A DNA stretch of 24,426 bases. It comes from a virus (taxonomy: Duplodnaviria > Caudoviricetes). The DNA lies in IMG/VR virus record IMGVR_UViG_3300046103_000235, positions 1 to 24,426 of that record. One strand, 5' to 3'. A program made the translations under genes and the position numbers. The stretch's first letter is position 1. Each line of letters opens with the position of its first letter. The notes under the pieces were generated by a model, which worked only from the letters and a program-made list of their open reading frames with translations, searched no databases and was not told the DNA's origin. Below, one piece after another: positions 17,227 through 24,426 of this stretch.

Positions 17227-17250
17227 TATCTTCCCTTCTAGTAAGGGGGT

Positions 17251-17274
17251 AAAAGGGGGACCCGAAGGTCCCCC
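17251..17274 (-). terminator. Intrinsic terminator after the ribonucleotide reductase (end of the replication module)
   Basis: Minus strand GGGGGACC-TTCG-GGTCCCCC-TTTT: a perfect 8-bp stem, cUUCGg tetraloop and short U-tract, 6 nt after the stop codon. Confidence 0.85.
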
Positions 17275-17280
17275 AGTAAC

Positions 17281-18987
17281 TTATTCGCAGGATTTTTGAC
17301 CAGTTGCAGGGTCAATGAAGCAGGCTTCTGCACCAGTTTCTTTTTCCTCTACTACTTCGTTGAGGATGCCGTACCGTTTTCCAGCAGCACGAAACGTGGT
17401 GATGCCTTTGCAGCCTTCTTTCCACGCTGTGTAATACAGGTCCTTGAATTTGTCGTAGGTGACATCGTCCCCAACATTGCAAGTCTTAGACACCGCTGAG
17501 TCCATGTACTTGGACGCAAGAGACAAGATAGCGACATGATCTTCTGCCGATATCTCGTTGGCTGTGCGCCCTTTGACACCTTGGCGGTACGCATAATCCT
17601 CGACACGTTCGATCTGATGCCCATCAAACTGCTGGATTGTGCGGTCATAAAACATCGCAAACGGCGGCTCTATGCCTGACGACACGTTGTCGGCGGTGAG
17701 ACTGATCGTGCCGGTTGGCGCAATAGAGGTGAGGTGGCTGTTACGTATGCCTTTCTGAGCAATCTTGTCGCGTATCTTTTTTGGCAGGGTCTTGATAAAT
17801 CCACCAGCCAGATATTTGTCTTTATCGAATAGTGGGAACGATCCTTTTTCTTCTGCCAAATCAGCGGATGCTGAGTAGCAGTGATCGCGTAGTTCACGCA
17901 TGGATTTGTCTGCAAAAGCTACAAACTCAGGTGATGCATAAGGGAGACCCATAAGCTCACCAGCATTAGCAAGGCCAGTAACCCCCAGCCCCATGCGCCT
18001 CTTCGCCTTCGCTTCCTCACGCTGTGCGGCAAGCGGGTAGATCGTTCGGTCAATGACATTGTCCATAGCGCGTACCACAACATAAATGTCCTCCTTGTAT
18101 TGCTCCCAAGCGAACAACTTGTTCTCTTGATCGACATATTTCGTGAGATTAAATGAGCCAAGCAGGCAAGCGCCGTAGGGTGGCAAAGGCTGTTCTCCAC
18201 AGGGGTTGGTGGCCTCGATGGTTTCGCAGTAGTACAGGTTGTTCATCTTGTTAATCGTGTCGATAAATAGAACGCCAGGTTCTGCCCAATCCCATGTGGA
18301 GCGCATGATCATGTCCCAGAGTGCCACAGGGTCTACCTCGCGATAGACTGTGCCGTTGTACTGGAGTGGGAAGGGAGTGCCGGTCGCCAGACACCGCATG
18401 AACTCATCTGTAACGCCGACACTGATGTTGAAGCCCGTCAGCGATGTGCTGTCATGTTTTGAGGTGATGAACTGTTCAATGTCTGGATGGTCAATCCGCA
18501 GGACGCCCATCTGGGCACCCCGGCGATGCCCTGAAGACGCAATGGTCTGACATACGCTGTCGAAGATGCCCATGAATGACACCGCGCCTGACGCTAGGCT
18601 TTCCAAAGATTTGATACGGTCACCACGGGGACGCAGGCGTGAGAAGTCATAGCCAATACCGCCGCCTCTTCGCATGGTCTCGGCAGCATCTGTTGCTGCC
18701 TGCATGATGGAATCCATCGAATCCTCTATCACGCCACTAACAAAACAATTGTACGCAGTAGTCTGCCGGGCAGCGCCCATAGCATTCTGTACACGACCGG
18801 CAGGTAGGAACCGCAAATGCCGCATGGTGTCTTTGAATGCCTCGAAATGTTCAGGGCTGTCCTTTAGGCTATCTGCAATACGGATAATCTTTGAATAGAA
18901 GTCTTCACCCGTTTGCCTATATTTCTGTTTGTCGATTTCAATTGAGAGCGGTACGGACATACCGTAGTGGGCATTGGCAAGCAGCAT
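17281..18987 (-). CDS. nrdJ: Class II (adenosylcobalamin-dependent) ribonucleotide reductase, about 568 aa, no ATP cone
   Basis: FLPAGR, NCFV, GGGIGYDFS.LRP, RRGAQM, TNPCGEQPL and IAPTGTIS motifs. It has GCKGITTFR rather than the class I YY pair, a C-terminal Cys pair, and no adjacent beta subunit. The ATG at 18987 is coupled to the upstream TGA. Confidence 0.92.
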   Translation of the reverse strand: MLLANAHYGMSVPLSIEIDKQKYRQTGEDFYSKIIRIADSLKDSPEHFEAFKDTMRHLRFLPAGRVQNAMGAARQTTAYNCFVSGVIEDSMDSIMQAATDAAETMRRGGGIGYDFSRLRPRGDRIKSLESLASGAVSFMGIFDSVCQTIASSGHRRGAQMGVLRIDHPDIEQFITSKHDSTSLTGFNISVGVTDEFMRCLATGTPFPLQYNGTVYREVDPVALWDMIMRSTWDWAEPGVLFIDTINKMNNLYYCETIEATNPCGEQPLPPYGACLLGSFNLTKYVDQENKLFAWEQYKEDIYVVVRAMDNVIDRTIYPLAAQREEAKAKRRMGLGVTGLANAGELMGLPYASPEFVAFADKSMRELRDHCYSASADLAEEKGSFPLFDKDKYLAGGFIKTLPKKIRDKIAQKGIRNSHLTSIAPTGTISLTADNVSSGIEPPFAMFYDRTIQQFDGHQIERVEDYAYRQGVKGRTANEISAEDHVAILSLASKYMDSAVSKTCNVGDDVTYDKFKDLYYTAWKEGCKGITTFRAAGKRYGILNEVVEEKETGAEACFIDPATGQKSCE

Positions 18988-19292
18988 CAAAGTTCGACCT
19001 TTCCATTGAGTTGGTTGATCCGCATCTCTGCATATCTAATGACTTTACTGAGATCAGTGATTTCAGATTCCACTGCGTCAGCGTCAGGGTAATCCTTGAA
19101 CCCTGCACGAGAGGCGTATTTAATTATATTGCCGCGCCAGAACTCCATGCCGTTTCGCATGATGTAAGTGATTGGCTCAATCTTCCACCGCGTGTAGTGG
19201 CTAGGGCGGTCAATGATATCTTCGCGATCCTCTTTCATTCGTCTCAGGATGTAGTCGTCTCTGTTTTCATTAGATTTTGGGATGGCATCCAT
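18987..19292 (-). CDS. DUF3310 family protein (T7 gp1.7 nucleotide kinase-related), 101 aa
   Basis: D.IDRPSHY....IEPI.YI......F.RGNIIKY..RAG.K.....DL.K...Y is the DUF3310 signature. Confidence 0.82.
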   Translation of the reverse strand: MDAIPKSNENRDDYILRRMKEDREDIIDRPSHYTRWKIEPITYIMRNGMEFWRGNIIKYASRAGFKDYPDADAVESEITDLSKVIRYAEMRINQLNGKVEL

Positions 19293-20011
19293 GGCTTCAC
19301 TTCCCTCTTTTCGTGGTCAAAATCTGAGTAACGGCAGATGCGGGAGACTTGCGCTTGGACAAGTGCATCAGTGCTAGTAAGTCCTTTATTCTCGTAAGCT
19401 GCGACAACGTCCGGCCAAGGGTTGTTGTCTGCCTTATCAAGTATTTTTTCAGCCCTCTTCGGACCTATGCCGGGGACACCGAAATAGTTATCCGTTGTGT
19501 CGCCTGTGAGCATTTGGAGCCAGTGCTGCCGGTCTCCATCGGCTTCCGTGATCGTGACTATTTTGTCGAGCTTGTGGTCCCAGTGAAGCCCCGGTATCTG
19601 GAGGAGGTCCTTGTCGCGGCTGTACATGATCCTCCGCTCACCGACAGGCTCAGTCAGGAGAATACCCAGAACATCATCAGCCTCTAGTGAGTACCAATTT
19701 TCACAATGCCTCGTCTTCTCCAGATACTGGCGGAGGGGGGCAAGGGCGACAGGCTTACGTATGCCGACTCTGTTCGCCTTGTAGGTGTCCAGTATGGACT
19801 TGCGCCAGTTAGTCTTGTCGGTCAGGCAGATCACAGCGTCGTCGCTTTTTGTCTGATCTATGATCTTATGTATTGCCGCATCAACCGTCTGTTTAGCTTC
19901 GTTTATGTCTACCCACGCGGCCATAACGCCATCAGAAAACTCGACGTTTTGTTCAGTCACAGCAGCGATCTGGTAGATCAGGATGTCGCCGTCAATTAAA
20001 ACTTTGGTCAT
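19244..20011 (-). CDS. 5'-3' exonuclease (T7 gp6-like), 255 aa
   Basis: VLIDGDIL.Y, YKANR, LEADDVLGI, SRDKDL.QIPG and GDTTDNY.GVPGIGPK.A motifs. The start is placed at MTKV (20011), just downstream of the polymerase stop. Confidence 0.95.
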   Translation of the reverse strand: MTKVLIDGDILIYQIAAVTEQNVEFSDGVMAAWVDINEAKQTVDAAIHKIIDQTKSDDAVICLTDKTNWRKSILDTYKANRVGIRKPVALAPLRQYLEKTRHCENWYSLEADDVLGILLTEPVGERRIMYSRDKDLLQIPGLHWDHKLDKIVTITEADGDRQHWLQMLTGDTTDNYFGVPGIGPKRAEKILDKADNNPWPDVVAAYENKGLTSTDALVQAQVSRICRYSDFDHEKREVKPWMPSQNLMKTETTTS

Positions 20012-20025
20012 CGTCTGGCCTATTC

Positions 20026-21795
20026 TTAATGTGTTTCTGCCCAAGTTTTCCCAATGCGATATTCTCCAGTGATCGGAACTCTGAGGTTGAAATGTGTTCC
20101 CGCAGCCTCGATGGCTTCGACAGCGACCTGACCAACTTCTTCGGCCAGTTCTTCATCAGCTTCGATCTGGATTTCATCGTGTATCCAGCAGACCTGCTGT
20201 ACGCGATCACGCCATCCACGCGCCTCGACCTCGCGGTCAAACTGAATGAGCCACTGTTTAGCTGTGGCTGCGCCAGCGGCTTGCAGCAGGACATTCAGTG
20301 CGCGGTGGGGTGAGCGCACAGGGAGCAGTCGCTGGTCTAGTCCTTTGAGACATCCTGCTTGCTGGACTTTTTCCTGAACGGCAGATATGAGCTTGCCCAA
20401 ACCAGGGTTAGCCGCAAGGAACGTATTCTTGACTTGAGAAGCCTGTCCTTTACGAAGCCCGGTGACATCAGCCAAGCGATTGACGCCTGCGCCGTAGACC
20501 AGAGCATAAATAAAACGTTTAGCAATATCGCGAGAAGCAAGACCAGCGGCCTGCTGATTGTGCGTGTGAATGTCGCCATTTAATACTTCCTTTGCGTAAA
20601 CCCCGCCGTCAAACGGGGTGGTGAAATGAGCAAGCATCCTTAGCTCGATGCCTGATTGATCAACGCCGACAAGTGTTTTGCCGGGGCTGACAGTGAACAA
20701 CTCGCGACACTCTTTGCCGAAAGGTGCGTGTCCTGATGGAACTTGTTGGAGATTTGGCGCACGCATAGATGCGCGACCTGTGACCGTACCATTGGTTAGG
20801 ACTGATCCATGGATGCGGTCACCACGGAGTGCGCCTAGCCAGCTACGCTTGCCGTCAGACAACATGCCAAGACGCTTCTGAACCATGAAGTATTCCGCAA
20901 GGATTTTACCCTGTGGGAACGACAGGCCCATAAGGACTGTCTCATCGAGTTTGGCCCGCCCATCTGGCGTAGTCTCTTTTGCCTGCCAGCCAAGCTCCTC
21001 AAGTTTGCGCTGTATGTGGTGGCGGCTGCTGGGGTTGAAGACGTTGTGCTTGATCTTCGTGTAAGTGCAGCCCGCCGTCACCGCAGGTTTGGTTTTGTAG
21101 TTCACGGTCTTGGCAGGGGTGACCACCTCCACCTGTGACCACCAAGGTGTGAACACCGCTTGCAGTTCGTCATCAAGCTCTGCCCGTCTGCGCTGTAGCT
21201 TGGCACATAACTCTAGTGCCTTGGGTTCATCAAAACGGAACCCTTGCCGCTCTTGCCGCGCAATTAGCCACTGTACCTCATGCTCAAGGTCAACGGCTGT
21301 TTCTGGGCAGTTCTTAGCTTGTATCGTCTGCCATAGCTTTGCAGTCACTGCGGTGTCCTGAATACAATAGAACATCATGTCCTCGTTGAATTCATCCCAA
21401 CCACCTTGGTAGTCGTCTTTTGGACACCCTAAACGTATCCCCCAAGCAGCCAGCGCGTGGCTGCCTTTGAGCCTGTTGGGAAGCTCTACTTTTTTGGCCC
21501 AATCAGTGTCTGCTATGTCGGACCAAACGAGACGGGAGAGCGTCAGGGTGTCGCGGACCTTCGCGGGTTCTGGATTGAACCACGGGAAGCACTTCTGAAT
21601 AGCAGGGATGTCAAACGCTATGACGTTGTGACCTACTATCAGTTCTTTGCTGAGGAGAGACCGCAGGCCATCTTCGATCTGATGTGGCGCATAGCTCTCC
21701 GTGATCCCTGTCTCAGTGTCTCTAATCGCAAGACAGTGAACAGTGTTAAGTTGGTCGAGCAGGCCGTTCGTTTCAATGTCGAAAATGTATGCCAT
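20026..21795 (-). CDS. Family A DNA polymerase (T7 gp5-like) with 3'-5' exonuclease, 589 aa
   Basis: ExoI FDIETNG, ExoII GHNVIAFD, ExoIII YCIQD, then FNPSSR, TGR, motif A DQSGIELR, motif B RDIAKRFIYALVYGAG and motif C IHDEIQ. Confidence 0.97.
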   Translation of the reverse strand: MAYIFDIETNGLLDQLNTVHCLAIRDTETGITESYAPHQIEDGLRSLLSKELIVGHNVIAFDIPAIQKCFPWFNPEPAKVRDTLTLSRLVWSDIADTDWAKKVELPNRLKGSHALAAWGIRLGCPKDDYQGGWDEFNEDMMFYCIQDTAVTAKLWQTIQAKNCPETAVDLEHEVQWLIARQERQGFRFDEPKALELCAKLQRRRAELDDELQAVFTPWWSQVEVVTPAKTVNYKTKPAVTAGCTYTKIKHNVFNPSSRHHIQRKLEELGWQAKETTPDGRAKLDETVLMGLSFPQGKILAEYFMVQKRLGMLSDGKRSWLGALRGDRIHGSVLTNGTVTGRASMRAPNLQQVPSGHAPFGKECRELFTVSPGKTLVGVDQSGIELRMLAHFTTPFDGGVYAKEVLNGDIHTHNQQAAGLASRDIAKRFIYALVYGAGVNRLADVTGLRKGQASQVKNTFLAANPGLGKLISAVQEKVQQAGCLKGLDQRLLPVRSPHRALNVLLQAAGAATAKQWLIQFDREVEARGWRDRVQQVCWIHDEIQIEADEELAEEVGQVAVEAIEAAGTHFNLRVPITGEYRIGKTWAETH

Positions 21796-21822
21796 TTGGT
21801 GTCCCCTTGCAAACAGTATGGA

Positions 21823-22164
21823 TTAGGCTAAAGAGTATTCCGCGTAAGTGCGCCCCCGCCCATCATCCTTGATGACCTTGGTAATCTCATGGCCGCTTTC
21901 CCGTAGCTCGAAAATCCTCGCGGCCAATCGATAGACGCCAAAGACGCCCATGGCTTCTAAGGGGCTGATCGTCCTGCCGCCCTTCAAGTGCTTCAGGATC
22001 ATATCGTTTTGGGATTGTTTGTTTCTCACTTTCCATCCTCCTTCACGCTGTTGAACTTCTGTCATTACTGCTGCGTACTCACTGACCAACGCAGGGTCTT
22101 TGACTGCTTGCACAGCCAAGCGTTCGGCGTGTGCGAACAGGTCGTCATCAGAAATCTTCTGCAT
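21823..22164 (-). CDS. Winged helix-turn-helix DNA-binding protein, about 113 aa
   Basis: C-terminal SQNDMILKHLKGGRTISPLEAMGVFGVYRLAARIFELRESGHEI...YAEYSL is a recurrent phage wHTH. SD GAGGT lies 8 nt before the ATG at 22164. Confidence 0.8.
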   Translation of the reverse strand: MQKISDDDLFAHAERLAVQAVKDPALVSEYAAVMTEVQQREGGWKVRNKQSQNDMILKHLKGGRTISPLEAMGVFGVYRLAARIFELRESGHEITKVIKDDGRGRTYAEYSLA

Positions 22165-23758
22165 CAAAATTTACCTCAAGCATCCGGCCTGTCTCTCGGT
22201 TGAATTCGAGGACAGTTCCAATACCTGTCTCGCCGGAATGGCGGTTTTTCAGGATACGAAGTTTTGTGCGGTGGGCTTCATCGGGCGACTGCTGGTTTCT
22301 TTCACAGCCGATGACAAGGTCAGCCAGGTGGCCGATTGCACCGGAGCCGCGCAGTTGTGCGAGGGATGTCTGTCCGCCTTCTTCATGGGGCTTGCCTTCT
22401 GGCCTCTTGAGGTGGCTCACCAAGATTAAGCCGACCCCTGTCTCTTCGACAAGCTGGCGTAGCCTGGTCATTATGGAGTCGATCAGAACTCGTTCATTTT
22501 GTGACTGATCTTCCAGACCGCCAGATACTACGATGCTAAGGTGATCTAAGATGATGTAGGTGCAGCCCATGGCAGCGAGGTAACGACATCTGTCGAGAAG
22601 ATTGTCGCCAGCAAGGCTACCAAAATGATCGTAGAGATAGAGCCTGCCACTGCCGACAGTAGCGTCAAAACCAGTGCGGAGATCGGCTTCCGAAATATCT
22701 GCGATGCCAAGATTAAGGCGCTTGTTAATCTCAAGCCCGACAAAAACTCTAAGCGTGTGCTTGACGCTCTCTTCTAAACAGATGACTCCAAGGGTCTCTC
22801 CTTCTTTCAGGAGGTGGTGGCCCACCTCTTTAACGATCTGAGATTTGCCAATTCCTGATCCTGCGGTGAAGACTGTCAGTTCTTTTTTACGGAGACCGCG
22901 TGTCTTCTCGTTGAGCGAGGGCCACGGGTACAGAACACAATCATTATCATCTTCTTGGATGAATTCGTCCCACAGATCGACGCCTGCAACGATACCGTCT
23001 GGGCGATACTCTTTTGCCCGCCAGATAGCATTGATCAGTTCTGCGCTGCGGCCTGCCATCAACATCTCGGACGCATCTTTTAGTGGCAGGTTTGCAATCT
23101 TAGCTGTGCCCGGCGGCATGAGCTTGGCGCACTCAAGTGCCGCTGCCTGACCTGCCTCATCGCTGTCGAGCATAAAGACGACAGTTTCAAATTTGAGTAG
23201 GTAGTCGAGTGATCTGGCGACTGCCTTAGCTGCCCCCTGTGCGCCATTGGGTACTGAGACTACCGCCCATTTATTGCCTTGCGCTTGGCTCATGGCGAGG
23301 GCGTCTAGCTCGCCTTCTACGACAATTAAAATCTTGCCGCGTGACCACAGGTGCTGCCCGTAGAGACCTGCCTGCTTGAGATCACCACGGCTGGTGAAAT
23401 CTTTGTTGGCAAATCTGATCTTTTGGAAGACGACCTGATTCTCTTTGGTGTAGTTCGCGATCTGGACAAGTTCACCATTCAGTTCCCCTGTCGAGTATCC
23501 CCAGAGTTTGCAGGTCTCTTCAGTGATCTTGCGTTTTGCTAGTGCTTCGATTTGCCCTTTCGGGAGTAAACCTTTTTTGATTTTACCTTGCGTTGGTGGA
23601 ACAAGCGAGATTGGAGTGACGTTGCTGTCGGAGACCGGGGCTTGCGTGTGCGCTTGGCACTTGTGGCAAAACGTGTGCCCATCCGTATACACTCCTAAAG
23701 CATCGGAAGACCCGCAATCGGGACACGCTGCATGTTCGAGGAACTGCGAGTCTTCCAT
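22148..23758 (-). CDS. DNA primase/helicase (T7 gp4-like), 536 aa
   Basis: Cys4 zinc finger CPDC...CHKC, TOPRIM motifs EGELDA and DSDEAG, Walker A AGSGIGKS, DHLS, LRGSG and KNR. SD TAGGAG is present. Confidence 0.97.
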   Translation of the reverse strand: MEDSQFLEHAACPDCGSSDALGVYTDGHTFCHKCQAHTQAPVSDSNVTPISLVPPTQGKIKKGLLPKGQIEALAKRKITEETCKLWGYSTGELNGELVQIANYTKENQVVFQKIRFANKDFTSRGDLKQAGLYGQHLWSRGKILIVVEGELDALAMSQAQGNKWAVVSVPNGAQGAAKAVARSLDYLLKFETVVFMLDSDEAGQAAALECAKLMPPGTAKIANLPLKDASEMLMAGRSAELINAIWRAKEYRPDGIVAGVDLWDEFIQEDDNDCVLYPWPSLNEKTRGLRKKELTVFTAGSGIGKSQIVKEVGHHLLKEGETLGVICLEESVKHTLRVFVGLEINKRLNLGIADISEADLRTGFDATVGSGRLYLYDHFGSLAGDNLLDRCRYLAAMGCTYIILDHLSIVVSGGLEDQSQNERVLIDSIMTRLRQLVEETGVGLILVSHLKRPEGKPHEEGGQTSLAQLRGSGAIGHLADLVIGCERNQQSPDEAHRTKLRILKNRHSGETGIGTVLEFNRETGRMLEVNFDAEDF

Positions 23759-23779
23759 AATTTTTCTCCTATTTTTTGA

Positions 23780-24184
23780 TTAAGTGGCAATCCACCATTT
23801 CTGAACATCAAAACCGGGACATTCTTTTTTCACGTTGGGGAAATCGCGGTGGCCCCTCAGTGACGCTGATGGATACTTAACAAGTAAGTCCGCAATTAGA
23901 TCGGCTAGGGATTTGAACTGCTCGTCGGTGAATGTGTCTGTGCCAACTAGGCAGACACCAACTGAGGTCTGATTAAATCCTCTGACGTGGGCACCCATTG
24001 CATCGATGTCTCTGCCATCTTCGACAGTGCCATCTCTGCGTATGATCTTGTGGTAGCCGCATCCAATCCAGCCACGTTCTTTGTGCCACCTGTCTATCTC
24101 GGCAAAGCCAATGTCCATTTCGGGTGGGGTCGCGGCGCAATGAATTGCGATCCAGTTTGTATCAGTTCTTTTTCGTGTTGCCAT
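23780..24184 (-). CDS. N-acetylmuramoyl-L-alanine amidase (T7 gp3.5 lysozyme-like), 134 aa
   Basis: IHCAATP, GYH.IIRRDG..E.GR, GAHV.G.N..S.G.CLVG, GHRD and K.CP.FDV motifs. The His/His/Cys zinc ligands are conserved. Confidence 0.95.
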   Translation of the reverse strand: MATRKRTDTNWIAIHCAATPPEMDIGFAEIDRWHKERGWIGCGYHKIIRRDGTVEDGRDIDAMGAHVRGFNQTSVGVCLVGTDTFTDEQFKSLADLIADLLVKYPSASLRGHRDFPNVKKECPGFDVQKWWIAT

Positions 24185-24425
24185 TGGTCGGGGGCCTCCT
24201 TGCCTCCCTCAGCCAATCCTCCGGTATGCTGCCCTTGGCGTACTCAAATTGATGTTTGTCGCACCACATTGCATAAGTCGTGGCCGACTGTTTTGATATC
24301 CGTTGCTTGGGGTTTGAGAAAACGAAGCGGATGTCGATGTCGGGGTGTTGGTCCCTGATCAACAAATGCTTCTGGCGATCCGCCGTCACGAACCTTCCTT
24401 TGGTCTCAACGATGATGCCGTTGGG
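24162..24425 (-). CDS. Endonuclease I / Holliday junction resolvase (T7 gp3-like), 5' part outside the window
   Basis: The frame is open to the edge: PNGIIVETKGRFVTADRQKHLLIRDQHPDIDIRFVFSN...TTYAMWCDKH.F.YA...IP.DWL.E. Confidence 0.95.
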   Translation of the reverse strand, partial: PNGIIVETKGRFVTADRQKHLLIRDQHPDIDIRFVFSNPKQRISKQSATTYAMWCDKHQFEYAKGSIPEDWLREARRPPTNGNTKKN

Positions 24426-24426
24426 C

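Noticed and set aside
20012-20044. Longer exonuclease start at 20044 given by the ORF track
   Set aside because: It overlaps the polymerase end. The family motif LIDGD normally sits a few residues from the N-terminus, favouring the ATG at 20011.
21796-21806. 10-nt complementarity between the polymerase RBS region (GGGACACCAA) and the 3' arm of the capsid terminator
   Set aside because: The match is short enough to be chance, and that arm is locked in its own hairpin, so antisense control is unsupported.

Overview
This window is the middle-to-late part of a T7-like podophage genome (Autographiviridae-like), with every credible gene on the minus strand. In transcription order (high to low coordinates): endonuclease I (gp3, cut by the window edge), amidase (gp3.5), primase/helicase (gp4), a small winged-HTH protein, family A DNA polymerase (gp5, Tyr762 type), 5'-3' exonuclease (gp6), a DUF3310 protein and a B12-dependent class II ribonucleotide reductase, followed by a UUCG terminator. 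The late module follows: gp6.5- and gp6.7-like proteins, portal, scaffold, a small HNH plus an unannotated 54-aa coiled-coil ORF, a structured capsid leader, major capsid, a Tphi-like terminator, tail tubes A and B, gp13 to gp16-like internal virion proteins, a mosaic tail fibre with 12-aa repeats, a small fibre-associated protein and the start of a second fibre-like gene. Gene content, class II RNR and roughly 50% GC suggest a marine phage of a non-SAR11 alphaproteobacterium (inference only). I saw no CRISPR, tRNA, integrase or reverse transcriptase. The most interesting signals are non-coding or small: the capsid leader structure, a CCCCTTACNAG motif at the phi6.5/phi10-equivalent positions, the HNH plus small-ORF cassette and tail-fibre module exchange. 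All family calls come from motif recognition and synteny, not database searches.
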